Part shown: piece after piece, positions 22,001 through 32,563 of the stretch | Position numbering within the stretch: position 1 is the stretch's first letter | Layout: each line of letters starts with the position of its first letter | Assembly (NCBI GenBank): GCA_013416795.1 | Contig: RQSC01001393.1 | Coordinates: 11,368-75,367 of the forward strand | Source of the DNA: Prasinococcaceae sp. CCMP 1430 | Taxonomy: Eukaryota; Plantae; Prasinodermophyta | Length of the DNA stretch: 64,000 nucleotides | Direction: 5' to 3' | Translations under genes and position numbers: made by a program | Notes under the pieces: model-generated | Seen by the model: the letters and a program-made list of their open reading frames with translations, nothing else | Database searches by the model: none | Told to the model about the DNA's origin: nothing

Positions 22001-22667
22001 CAACCTACTGCTCGGCCCGCTTGTTGTCTTCGACGAACTGGAGCGCGGCGAGGCGACGCTCTTCGCACGCTACGTGTCGTGCGTGCAACCCGTGCCGCTG
22101 CTGCTAGTAGCATCGCGCCTGCAGGTGCGTGCCGAGTTCGACGAGGAAACCGGCGAGCCGCTGCGCGACGCGCAGACAGGCGAGCCGCTTGGATCGCTCA
22201 AGCTCGACGGGGCGCTCTCATTCCTGTGCCCGATGCCCGTGGCGGAGCGCCTCGCTTGGCTCCGGCTGCGCCTGCAGCAGACATTCGAGGCCCGCGTGAC
22301 GCGTCCGCGCGAGCCGCTGGATGCTATGCACGCCGCTGCCGTGCACTGCGCAGCGGTGGCGTTCGCCGGATCGCGCGTCGCTGCGGGGCTGGGCGTTGCG
22401 CACATGCAGCCTGGCGTGAGCTTGCACCCGGCATTCGGTGGCCAATTCGCACGTGGATGCGGGGGAGGAGGCGCGGCCGGTGGTCGCTCCTATGGTAGTG
22501 GCGGTGGTCGTGGTCGCGGTCGCGGCGGCAGCGGCGGCGGCGGCGGGCGTGGATACAAGGGCGGTGGTGCACAAGGGCAGGGTCGCGGCGGCGGTCGCGG
22601 CCGCGGCGGCGGTCGCGGTGGCGGTGGTGGCAGGAGGAGTATGCCTCCCAACGGCGGACAACGGTGA
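19030..22667 (+). CDS. DEAH-box RNA helicase with R3H domain and ankyrin insertion (YTHDC2/plant DExH6-NIH-like)
   Basis: R3H domain (FVFPPGLSNHDRAVVHAECKKYGFTSKSHG), motif I GATGCGKTTQ/VPQ across intron 19637-19746, DEVHER, MSAT, STNIAETAVTIDDV, QREGRAGR and HA2 LPLHPRSGKM. Ankyrin-like GASALMVLCGKG...NGFAAADWA lies between the RecA domains. C-terminal RGG tail. Confidence 0.93.
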
Positions 22668-22827
22668 GGTTGGGATGGCGTTGCGCTGCAGTAAGAAAAA
22701 TCCACCGTATATAATCTTTGTCGCATTACTCTGCGGCCGCGCGCAGACACGGCGGCGGGGCGCACTCTCTGCCTGTGCTATGCATGCGCAAAACGGCATC
22801 CGCACTCCCCTCGCGGGAGGGCCGTCG

Positions 22828-23970
22828 TCAGCCGCGGTGCTGCAGGGTATGATGGCGCTTGTCCCATGGATCACCAGCAGGGCTGTCTATAGTGTGGACG
22901 TCGGCCTCGGCGGGTGCGCCTTCCTCCATCGCGTCGACAGGTTCGCGCTGGTGCAGCACGTTTTGCATCGGCACGAAGCCCATGCCAGTCGTGAGCGCCG
23001 CAGTGATGGCGAACGTTGCGAGGGCGAATATGTGGACGACCAGCAGCCAGAACGCAAACACCGGGGGCAGCGCCATGGCTGTCACATGGTTGTCGCGCCA
23101 TCTCGCTCCCGCGATGTCGTTGTCGAAGAGGATGAACGCCGCCTGCAGGAACCAGCACCCCTGGAGAAGGACTGCTGCGTGGCGACACATGGATGCAAGC
23201 GGCGAAGCGGCACTGCTCTCGGGCGTGGCCCACAACTCGAAGACGCCACCCGCTACGCAAAGCGCGACGGCCAGCACTAGAATCTCGTGCGTGAGAATCT
23301 CCACGGCACTTCCCTTGAGATGGAAGGCGAACAAGACGCCCTCCGCAAAAAATGCGAGGGCGGTCGCGCCGGCACACGCGCCGGGGGGGACGACGCGTTT
23401 CCCACTGCTGAGCAACGCATCTTCCAGGAGCTCCAGCACACCTGCCAGGGCGAACGCCGCGTACATCAACGCATGCTGCCAGTTGTTGAGGTTCTCAGAG
23501 TTGATGTTGCTCTCCGAGTCGAGCATACTGTGCCAGTGCCCCGTGTTGATGTACAGTTCTCCCAGGATGCCCACCGTCGGCAGAACGACCTTGAGGATGG
23601 GCTCGATCCTGCTTGCGAGGTAGAGCTGCCACGTGCGCGCCGAGGAGGGCGCGGAGCCCGCGAACCCGCACAATCGAGATGCGGGGAGCGCATGCCACGT
23701 GCGCCCTCTCGCGTGGAGTTCGTCGTCAGCGAGAGTGTTGGCGCTCAGGCCGTGCCGCCCCCCGGCCTGCCTGCCAGCCAGCAGCGCGTGCCTGCGCGCG
23801 CTCATCAGCAAACCCCACGCGCCCCACGCGACGAACATGACGCCCGGAAGCACGTGGCCCTGGAAGCTGCCGTGCTGGGACATGTACGCCATCTCAGTGG
23901 CGCCGCCGGCCTGCGCGGACGCCCCCGCCAGCCTGGCCCGCATTGAAAAGCCCCCCGCCATGCCCTCCAT
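22828..23970 (-). CDS. TMEM45/DUF716-like multi-pass membrane protein
   Basis: GSFQGHVLPGVMF, LNNWQHALMYAAF, FAEGVLFAFH, HEILV and LQGCWFLQAAF form the conserved His-rich TM motifs of DUF716. The start could be at 23970, 23892 or 23883. Confidence 0.85.
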   Translation of the reverse strand: MEGMAGGFSMRARLAGASAQAGGATEMAYMSQHGSFQGHVLPGVMFVAWGAWGLLMSARRHALLAGRQAGGRHGLSANTLADDELHARGRTWHALPASRLCGFAGSAPSSARTWQLYLASRIEPILKVVLPTVGILGELYINTGHWHSMLDSESNINSENLNNWQHALMYAAFALAGVLELLEDALLSSGKRVVPPGACAGATALAFFAEGVLFAFHLKGSAVEILTHEILVLAVALCVAGGVFELWATPESSAASPLASMCRHAAVLLQGCWFLQAAFILFDNDIAGARWRDNHVTAMALPPVFAFWLLVVHIFALATFAITAALTTGMGFVPMQNVLHQREPVDAMEEGAPAEADVHTIDSPAGDPWDKRHHTLQHRG

Positions 23971-24581
23971 GTCCTTCACTGCGCTGCACGGCCTTGCCAC
24001 CCGCCACCCTCGGCAGCGCTCCGGCGCGCGCGCGCGTGGCAGCTCGCGCCTCCTCCGCGCGCCTCGTGCGCCCCCGGGGCGTTGGGTCGAGGGTGGGGAG
24101 GCTCAACACCCGCGCGCGGCAGCAGCGTCGCGCGGCCGTCCGCGGGAGGCCCCTCGCCGCGTCTCCCCCCGCTCCCCCCTTTCGCCCCCAATCCCTACTC
24201 TTGCACCAGCCGAGCCCTCACACCTCCGCCCCTCCCCCAGCGCCACGGGCGCGCCCACGGGGCCCGTGCGGCACGCGCGCCGCTGTCAAACGGACGACAG
24301 CGCGCGCGCGCGCGAGCGAGCGCGTGCCCTTCGCGAGCGAATGGCGGGGCGCGCGCCGAGTGCAGGGATGAACGTGGGTGCAAGTGCACGTCCCGGCCGG
24401 AAGGGACTGCTGGCAGCCGCCCAGCCATCGGAACGGGCCACGGGCCGCGCGGCGGCAGCGGAAGCGCGCTCGCTGGGGCCGGTGCGCGCGCCCGCGCGCC
24501 CTGGCGGGGGTGTGGCGGCCGAGCGAGCGCGCGGTGCCACATCGCCTCCTCCGCGCTCACACCACACACCTTGCGGTCACG

Positions 24582-25193
24582 ATGGTCTCCCTCAGGCTCC
24601 GCTCGTCGTGGGCGCATGCCTTGGTACTCCTGCTCGCGACTGCGAGCGCGCTCGGGTCCGTCGACGCGACGAGGAGAAGGCCGACGGACTCTCCCACGCG
24701 CCGCCCGACGCCCTCACCCACCAAGTCGCCCACCAAGTCGCCGACGCGCCGCCCGACCCCGTCGCCCACCAAGTCGCCCACGGCCTTCCCGACCATCCCC
24801 ATCGTGACAGAGTCCCCGACCAAGTCGCCGACGCGCCGCCCGACGCCCTCGCCGACCAAGTCGCCGACCAAGTCGCCGACGAGGCGCCCTACGCCCTCGC
24901 CCACCAAGTCGCCGACCAAGTCGCCGACGCGCCGCCCGACCCCGTCGCCCACCAAGTCGCCCACGGCCTTCCCGACCATCCCCATCGTGACAGAGTCCCC
25001 GACCAAGTCGCCGACGCGCCGCCCGACGCCCTCGCCGACCAAGTCGCCGACCAAGTCGCCGACGAGGCGCCCTACGCCCTCGCCCACCAAGTCGCCGACC
25101 AAGTCGCCGACGCGTCGCCCGACGCCGTCTCCTACTCGCAGGATGCGCCCGACACGCACGCCTATCAAGCGCCCCCGCCTCCTCCTGGCCTAG
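24582..25193 (+). CDS. Secreted Pro/Thr/Ser/Lys-rich repeat protein (xPTx/PT-repeat, HRGP/mucin-like)
   Basis: Signal-peptide-like MVSLRLRSSWAHALVLLLATASALGSVDA, followed almost entirely by SPTK/SPTRRPT/PSPT repeats. There is an internal 183-bp duplication (24732-24914 versus 24915-25097). Confidence 0.82.
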   Translation: MVSLRLRSSWAHALVLLLATASALGSVDATRRRPTDSPTRRPTPSPTKSPTKSPTRRPTPSPTKSPTAFPTIPIVTESPTKSPTRRPTPSPTKSPTKSPTRRPTPSPTKSPTKSPTRRPTPSPTKSPTAFPTIPIVTESPTKSPTRRPTPSPTKSPTKSPTRRPTPSPTKSPTKSPTRRPTPSPTRRMRPTRTPIKRPRLLLA

Positions 25194-25260
25194 GATTTCG
25201 TCGTGGTACTGATCACTTAAAGTGTAAAGACAAGCGAGATGCCTTACCACTGAGCACGCA

Positions 25261-26130
25261 CTACGCGAGCATGTCTTGATTCAAAACGTCAACGTCGGCC
25301 GCATGGGACGCGAAGAAGCATGAGTCTCGAACGTCCATCTCGCTTTTGTCGCCGTACACCACGCCGTTTCCCTCGTGCCAAATGGGCTCGTAGCCAGCAG
25401 ACCCAGCCACGTCTTGCATCACGGGAACGTGTGGCGCCTGGTCGTCTTGGGCGTCGTGGGCGCCATGCGCGCCCGCGCCGACGTCATCGCCTGCTCTTGC
25501 ATCGCATTCGCCCGCGCAAGCCTCATTCTCGAGCGCTCGTGCTTGCGCTTCGAGACGGCGCACTGCCGCCTCGCTGTCGATCGCGTCCAACAGGCACGCG
25601 TACGCCTGCGCACATACGCGCACGCGCGTGTCCGGCACCGGCGCTAGAGCGACAAGTTCTGCCGGCGCGTCCTCGTCGTCGACCATTGGCTGCAGCCCGC
25701 CTGCATCTGCCCTATCGCCTTCGGTTGCTACCGCTTGATCGCGCGTGCACGTCACCTCAAGGTCGAGTGCGCCGAGCGCGTGCGCGCGCAGCATTCCTGT
25801 CGCTCGCACGGTGAGTGTCCCGACACGCCAGACTATACGCACGCCGGCGTCAACGGTGCCGGTCACGGCCTCTGCTCCGACCAGTACGACCTCAGCGCCG
25901 GCATCGGCAGCACCGGCGGCGCCTGCGGTGCCATCTCTTCTATCATCCAGTGCGAAGGCCGCCTGAGTGAGCCCGGGGATGTACGGCGGGTCGGCCGCAG
26001 CAGCGGCGGCAGCGCGCTCGTGCTGGCGCCCGCCGGTGTGCTCGCCGCTGCCGCTACCATTGCCGTCGCTTCCGCCGCCGTCGCCACGAGCGATGCGATG
26101 CGCGAGCACTTGTGTCACCGACGCGGTCAT
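25261..26130 (-). CDS. Hypothetical protein
   Basis: Open frame from ATG 26130 (MTASVTQVLAH), with globular-looking segments (VRIVWRVGTLTVRATG, YACLLDAIDSE, YEPIWHEGNGVVYGDKSE). No family recognised. Confidence 0.55.
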   Translation of the reverse strand: MTASVTQVLAHRIARGDGGGSDGNGSGSGEHTGGRQHERAAAAAAADPPYIPGLTQAAFALDDRRDGTAGAAGAADAGAEVVLVGAEAVTGTVDAGVRIVWRVGTLTVRATGMLRAHALGALDLEVTCTRDQAVATEGDRADAGGLQPMVDDEDAPAELVALAPVPDTRVRVCAQAYACLLDAIDSEAAVRRLEAQARALENEACAGECDARAGDDVGAGAHGAHDAQDDQAPHVPVMQDVAGSAGYEPIWHEGNGVVYGDKSEMDVRDSCFFASHAADVDVLNQDMLA

Positions 26131-26259
26131 GGCTTGCGCGCAAGGGGTGGGGTGGGGTGGAGGTGGGGGTGAGGGGCACCTGCCCGCGCGCCGGCAGCCG
26201 TATGACGCCCCAACGTCCGCGCACGCGCCACAGCACGCTTGCTGGGCGCACGCGCCCGG

Positions 26260-27612
26260 ATGGGCCGGGGCGGGTGCGAGCCGGCCTCGAGCGAAGCGGG
26301 CTCGCGCCTCGAGGCCGCGCACGCGTGGCTTGCGGCGCGAGGCGCGCGCGTCGGGGGTGTGGCGCTACGCGTTGGGCAGGGTGCATGTGGGTGCGGTGCT
26401 GGCGTGTATGCGACCACCGCCGCTAAGGAAGGCACAGTTGTTGCATCGTTTCCGCTGGGGCTGGCACGCGCGGGCGAGGCGCTGGTGCCCGAGGGGCACG
26501 AGTGCGACGTGTCGAGCGGCGTCGTGCTGGCGGCGTGGCTTGCGGCGCACCGCCGCCTTGGATCCGCATCGCCGTTCGCGCCGTGGCTCGCCGCGCTGCC
26601 GGCGGAGGGTGGGGCGCTTGCGTGCTGGGAGGCGCGCGCAGCCGACGCCGCACTGCACGGCACGCCGCTCAGACGCGCCGCACTCATGCAACGAGGCGCG
26701 TTGGACGCCGAGCTCACGAGCGCGCGGCCACTCTTCGAGGCGCTGCTCGACTCTGCGGGCGCTGGCGCGGACACGCCGCGCTGTGAGCTCGCGCACGATG
26801 AGTACCTGCATGCCCGCTGCATGGTCTGGTCGCGCTCCGTCGGGCTCCCTGCCGGTGAGGGAGGCGAGGTCGAGGCCGTTCTGCCCGGCATGGATTTCTG
26901 TAACCACGCCGGTGCGGAGGCGAACGCGCGCTGGGAGATGCTGCTCGGTGGCTCCTCGGAGGAAGCAGAGCTCGGAGGCGGCGAGGCCGTGGAGGACGGC
27001 GGTGGCGACAGAGGTGGCGACGACGACCCAGCGGCGCCGCGGTACGCGCTGATTGCCACACGGCCGATCGCCGAGGGCGACGAGGTCACCATCAGCTACG
27101 GCGTCGTAGCAGACAAGACCAACGAGGCGTTGCTCTTCTCGTATGGCTTCGTTGAGGACGATCCCGCCCGCGACGCGCTCACGCTGACGCTGCCCGTTCG
27201 CGGCAGGGAGCACATGGCGGCGCTGGCCCAGTTCGGCCTGCTGCCGCGCGTCTTGCTGCGGCGACCTCGCTGCGTCTCGACGCGGTCGGACGAGGGCGAC
27301 GGCCTCGACAAGTTGCTCTCTGAAGCCGAGCTCGCTGCTGCGTGCATCGTCGCTGCGACGCCGGAGCGAGCACTTGCGCTGGCGGCCGGCGAGAGCACGC
27401 TCGAGGCCCGCGACCGCGAAGCTGCGAGGGAGCTGATTCAGACGACGGTGGGGTGCGCGCTTGACGGCGCCGAGGGCGGAGCAGACGGCGACAACAACGC
27501 GGAGACGATGGCTGCACTCCCGCCCGGCGCCATCGAGGCGGCGGCGCGCTACCGCGAGGGTGTCGCGGCGGTGGCGCGGGAGGTACTCGAAGCGCTGGAG
27601 TTGTCTGGGTAA
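26260..27612 (+). CDS. SET-domain lysine methyltransferase (Rubisco LSMT/SETD3-like)
   Basis: GAGVYATTAAKEGTVVASFP, SPFAPWLAALP, ARCMVWSRS, VLPGMDFCNH, IATRPIAEGDEVTISYG and NEALLFSYGF. Confidence 0.9.
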   Translation: MGRGGCEPASSEAGSRLEAAHAWLAARGARVGGVALRVGQGACGCGAGVYATTAAKEGTVVASFPLGLARAGEALVPEGHECDVSSGVVLAAWLAAHRRLGSASPFAPWLAALPAEGGALACWEARAADAALHGTPLRRAALMQRGALDAELTSARPLFEALLDSAGAGADTPRCELAHDEYLHARCMVWSRSVGLPAGEGGEVEAVLPGMDFCNHAGAEANARWEMLLGGSSEEAELGGGEAVEDGGGDRGGDDDPAAPRYALIATRPIAEGDEVTISYGVVADKTNEALLFSYGFVEDDPARDALTLTLPVRGREHMAALAQFGLLPRVLLRRPRCVSTRSDEGDGLDKLLSEAELAAACIVAATPERALALAAGESTLEARDREAARELIQTTVGCALDGAEGGADGDNNAETMAALPPGAIEAAARYREGVAAVAREVLEALELSG

Positions 27613-27674
27613 TACATAATATTATGAGGCCATATCACCCCCCGCCACCCCGCTCACTATGACATCGAGCCGTC

Positions 27675-29912
27675 TCAGCTCAGCTTTACCCAGAGCGTCT
27701 TCAGGTATATGGGCTGACCGCCTGCTGTGAAGTCGGGTGGCTGCGCCACGTAGCAGCGCTCGAGCACGTCCCGCCCGCACATGCGCGCCGCCTGGTCGAT
27801 CATGGCCTCGAAGTCGCGCGGGTCGAGGCGCGCGCAGTTGGTCGAGCACAGGAGCACGCCGCCGGGCGCCACCACAGACATGGCGTCGTGCGCTAGGCGG
27901 GCATAGTTGCGCGCTGCCGAAAATGTGGTCACCTTGCGCTTCTTGGAGCGGGAGCGGGAAAAGGTTGGAGGGTCAACCGCGACAGCGTCGAAGAGGCGTC
28001 CCTGGGCCGGCGATTGGTTTTGAGTGCGGAGCCATCGAGGAGCGCGATCGCGTCAGTGCACGCAGCAGGGGTGGCAGCATGCGTGGTTGAGCGAGCGAGG
28101 CGCGCTCACTGCACGCACCTTGCGCTGCAGGTAGCCCAGCCACTCGAAGGCATCGCCGAAGATGAAGTCGTGCTCGTCGGGGTCTACGCCGTTTGCGCGG
28201 AAGTTGTCCTTACCCCACTCGAGGTACTTTTTCGAGAGGTCCACGCTGGTAGTGCGTGGGGCGCGAGGCCCCAGCGCTGCGCACACCGAGAAGGCGCACG
28301 TATACGCAAACAGGTTCAAGAACTCCGGCCGGGCGCCCGGCCGCACGCTGTCGAAGAGCATGCTCGATTCGAAGACACGACCCTGGAGCAGCTTGCGGCG
28401 GTTGTCCCGCTGGTCAAGAAATATGCCAACGCTGTAGCCTTCACCCATGGAGCACAGGAACGTGACCCCGTTTTCGCGCACGGCAAAGCGATCGACCTGC
28501 GCGCCGGCGTCCCCACGGCGGTCCTCATCTGCATCCTCGCCCTCGCCGCCGCTCGCGCCGTCAACTTCACCGCGGTCGCCGGGAGGCACTGCGAAAGGCC
28601 TCGGCGGCGAGCCGGCTACGAGCTCAGGGCTGTTGCCATCGTTACCAACGTATGCAAGCAGCGACTTTAGATACGCCGACGTGATCGGCGTGCCGCCCTC
28701 GCCGAGCGGTCGCTTGCCGAGCCACGAGCCCGCTCGCCCGGCGTCGCTGGCGGCGTTCTCGCTATCCGACTGCAGAAGCAACGCGCCACCGAGCAGGTCT
28801 GCGCTGTGGTTCACCGCGCCACCGTCGCCGCGCCAAACGCGCACGCAGTCGGTGTCGTCTGGCCACACCGTCGCGCGCGCGGCGGCGAGCGTCGCCGCAG
28901 ATGGAGGTGCGTCAGCGCCATCTTCGCCCACCTCCAGCAGCACCGGCTCGCCCGTCTCCGGGTGCAAGAACTCCGTCTTTGACACGCGCGTGTGCGCGTC
29001 CCCAACGCGGTATTCACGCGGCCGCTTCTCGCTGAGGCGCTCCGCTGCAAGCCTCGTTTTTGCCAGCACCATAAGCCCGCTATCCTCCCAGCGCAGCTTC
29101 CAGGGCGCTCGCAGCGCGCCCCACTGTTCGGGCTCGCGCTGGCGCAGCCACTCCAGCACGCCTGCCCCCGCGTTGCGCGCGTCCGCCACCGATGCCGCCC
29201 AGCCCGCGGGCTTGTCAACTGCCAGCACGTGCGCGTCCTCGTGCACGACCATCGGGCAGCCGTAACGCAGGCCGTCGCGGCGCGGCCCGGGTGCAGGCGC
29301 GGTGTCTTCAATCGATGCAGGCGCGACATAGCTGCCAGGCGGTGCGGCGGTGTACTCGAGCAGCTCGTCAGGGCCGCTCGCATCCTCAAACGCGCGCTTC
29401 TGCTCGCGCCCGCCACGGCTGTCATCACGCTCCCAACCACCGCGCCCGCGCCCTCGCGCGAGCGATTCCACCGCAGAGGCCCCGCGTCCCCGGCCGCTGC
29501 CTCTCCCGCGGCCGCGGCCGCGGCCGCTGCCACCCCGCCCCCTGCCTGGCCGAGAGCGGCCGACCACCACCGGCGGCAGCTGCCGCGGCGCCGCGCGCGC
29601 CGCAGCCATGGCTGGCAGCGCCTCCCGCTTGCGCGCGCGGGGGGATCGCGCGCGTGTGGCGCCCTTGCTGTCTCCACACCCCACACCCCACACCCCACAC
29701 CGCCACCACCACCACTCACACACACACGCACACGCACCCCACCCCACCCCTCGCGACGCGCTCGCTCCCATAACCCTCTCCCGCTGCACGCCTTGCCACG
29801 TGGAAGTTACGGGTACAACAGAGGTGGCTCGATTATGGGTGAAGGTAAATAGGGTTCGCAGTCTTCCTCTTGCGCGGGGCGCGGCGAGGAGCAGCAGCGC
29901 GGCCTTACCCAT
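27675..29912 (-). CDS. RlmI/RlmK-like SAM-dependent RNA methyltransferase with an N-terminal degenerate RluA-like pseudouridine synthase domain
   Basis: Intron at 28002-28118. MTase motifs: VRENGVTF, YSVGIFLDQRDNR, FLNLFAYTCAFSV, SVDLSKKYLEWGKDNF, GDAFEWL, FDAVAVDPPTFS, GGVLLCSTN and QPPDF..YLK. Upstream RluA-like blocks are VVHEDAHVLAVDKPAG and WKLRWEDSGLMVLAKT. Start at 29912 or 29609. Confidence 0.88.
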
Positions 29913-30079
29913 ATGCGCGTGCGTTCGAGGAGGGGGAGGGGGGAGGGGGCTAGCGTGGGCAGAGCTCGCGGGCGTTGCGCCCCCACCCCACCCCCCCTAA
30001 CACCCGCCGCCCTCCCTCTCCCTCTGCGCTCGTGTCGCGGATCTCGCCTTGTTCCGTGTCGCCTGGCGTGCGCGGCGGA

Positions 30080-30948
30080 ATGGCGGGCAGTGCGGCCTTG
30101 CGCGGCGGCGGCGCCGCCGCGCGCTGCGGCGCCGCGCGCATGCGGCGCGCGGCGCCGCGGCGGGCGCGGGCGGTGGGGACTCCGCGGCGGACGCGGGGAA
30201 GGCTGCCGCCGAGGCGGTGGAAAGTGCTATCGGCGTGGAGAAGGTGGACGCGCCTGCGCCCAGCGCGACCTACCGCGACGTTGAGGAGCTCGACCTCGCC
30301 TACTGCGGGAAGTACGCGGCAGCCACGGCTTTCCAGGTCGGCGCGCTGTGCCTGGCGCTGGGTGCGATCGACGCGGTCACCCCGGCGCTCGCTTCCGCGA
30401 CGCCGCTGGGTGGCGCGCTGCCCAAGGGTATGCTGTGGGTGTTCCTCGCATTCATCTCCGTGAAGAGCAGGGTGTTCAGCCCTCTCGACGCGCGCCGCAC
30501 GCGGAGGACATTTGACACGGTGAAGAGACCGAGCTGGGCACCGCCGGGGATCGCGTTCCCGATCATTTGGTCCACAATCGCTTTGCTGCGCGCCACCTCT
30601 GGCACGATGGTGTGGGAGGCACTCGGACGGACCGCGCTGGCGGCGCCGCTCGTGGCTTTTGTGGTGCACCTCGCTATCGGCGACCTCTGGAACGCCATGT
30701 TCACGACGGAGCGGCGGCTCGGCGCGGGCGTGGTGGGCGTGCTCATGGTGTGGCTCAGCGTCATGACGGTCGGCAGCATCTACTACGGCGTTGCACCGGC
30801 TGCGGCGTACGTCTTCGCGCCGAGCATGGCGTGGATTAGCGTGGCGACTTGTCTCGTGACGAACATCTGGTACATCAACGGGAAGGAGCCGCTGTACCCG
30901 ATGAAGAGAGTGGACATCGACACTGCCGAGGCAGGCGTGAAGGCGTGA
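30080..30948 (+). CDS. TspO/MBR family (tryptophan-rich sensory) membrane protein, probably plastid
   Basis: KSRVFSPLDARR, VKRPSWAPPGIAFPIIWSTIALLR, HLAIGDLWNAMF and APSMAWISVATCLVTNIW. The nearest ATG (30080, transit-peptide-like) is out of frame with the core, so the 5' structure is uncertain. Confidence 0.88.
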
Positions 30949-31101
30949 TGTGCGGAGGGGCGCTGCACCTGTTTCCCGCACATCGGCAGAGCAGTACCAT
31001 CGTAAGAATTCTGTGATTTCTACATCTACTGCACATCTTTTCCCCCTGCCTACCTACTGTACCTGCCCCTTTCCTCCCGCGAGCGAGTCTTCACTCGTGC
31101 T

Positions 31102-32366
31102 TCACTGTGCGAGGCCACGCGAGTAGCGCGCACGCCTAGCCTTGATGGACTCGACGACCTCCGGCGCGCCAGAGATGTAGGCGTCGAGGCCCGCCCCACA
31201 CGCACCACCGTGCGCGTTGCAGAGCGCCGCCAGTGCGGCTGGCAGCGGCGGCGGTGGCGTGGGCTTCGCGAGCGCGGGAGGGCTGAGGGGCACCGGCATC
31301 CCGCCTGTCGTGGGGTCAGCGCCCCAACGTGCACCCGGGCCCACCTAGCAGAGAGCGCATGATGCACTCATGCGCGCGAATTGCCGCCTCCCCCCTCCCC
31401 ACTCACCAGCACGCACCTTGTGTTGCATAGAATTGCACCCTGGCGATGTTGCGACAGGCCTTCAGACCACCGACCTCCTCGGGGGCGCCCATGGCCGCGA
31501 GGGGCGTCCTGTGCAGCGCACTGGCATCCTCAAAGACGACCATCTGCTCCAGAGCACCGTCGACAGCCACAAAGTTGCGCGCGCACGCGCCACGGGCGAG
31601 CGCAGCCGCGTCCTCGCTCAATTCAAGCTCGTACAGGTCATCGTCGTCGTTGTCACACGTCTGCGCCTCGGGCGGCAGGGGAAGCACGACCTCCAGGTAC
31701 TCCATTTCGCCGGCGACGTCCGCCCGCACGCGCTCGTACTGCTCCAGCCGCGAGCCGCCCACACCTGCCGCCCCGGCGCGCGTGCAGCCAAGCAGCATGT
31801 GGCCGAGCAGGGTGCCTGGCGCGTGTCCGTCCCTGTGCCCTGTATCGAGCGAGCGCGCGCGTGCCACAGGATGTCAGCTCATATCGCGCGCGCTCGCGGC
31901 TTTGCATGCGGGCGCTCACCGACGTACAGCCGATGTTGGCGCCCGCCCCCGCCGGCGAGAAGAGCTCGAACTCGCCACGAATGCGCACCGGCGCGCCCGT
32001 GGCCTCGGCGGCATCTGCAAAGAGCGGCACCAGGTGCTGGCGCAGGAAGTCCAGCACGAGCTCCCCCGCAGAACCACTTGGACCGGCGGCCGACAACGAG
32101 TCTCTAGGCGCCGACGCGTCGGCCTCACCCACGGCCTCGTGTGCGTGCGCGTGCAGCTCGAAGCCGAAGCAGCCGTGCGCTCGCAGCCTCTCAACCGCCG
32201 CGGCCATTCGATCGCGCCAGCCACCGCAACGCGCACGCACGCTCACGACCGGTGCAGGCGCGCTCTCGTCTTTGCCACCGCACTCGTCCCCGCACATGCG
32301 TGCTCGCACGGCGTCCACGCGCGCGCCGCGGACGCTGGCGCCGGAGAAGACCAAATCCGCGTACAT
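31102..32366 (-). CDS. Hypothetical multi-exon protein
   Basis: Three coding-like open frames (31653-32399, 31403-31867 and 31102-31344) are separated by segments with GT donors, CTGAC branch sites and AG acceptors. Examples: LVLDFLRQHLVPLF and LEQYERVRADVAGEMEYLEVVL. No family recognised. Confidence 0.6.
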
Positions 32367-32563
32367 CCCAGGCAGAGGGCGTCGCTGCGCTCTCGCCACG
32401 CGGCTCTGCGATCACGATGCCGCCCGGCCGCCCAGAGGCCGGCGCGCTGCGGCGCGGTCCCTGTGGCGCGCCGCCGGCGGTCGCAGCACTTGATGCGCTG
32501 GGCGGGGGGATCCAGGGTGCCACACACGCACGGCCGCGCGCCCGCTGCCGCCAGGGCGCAGCG

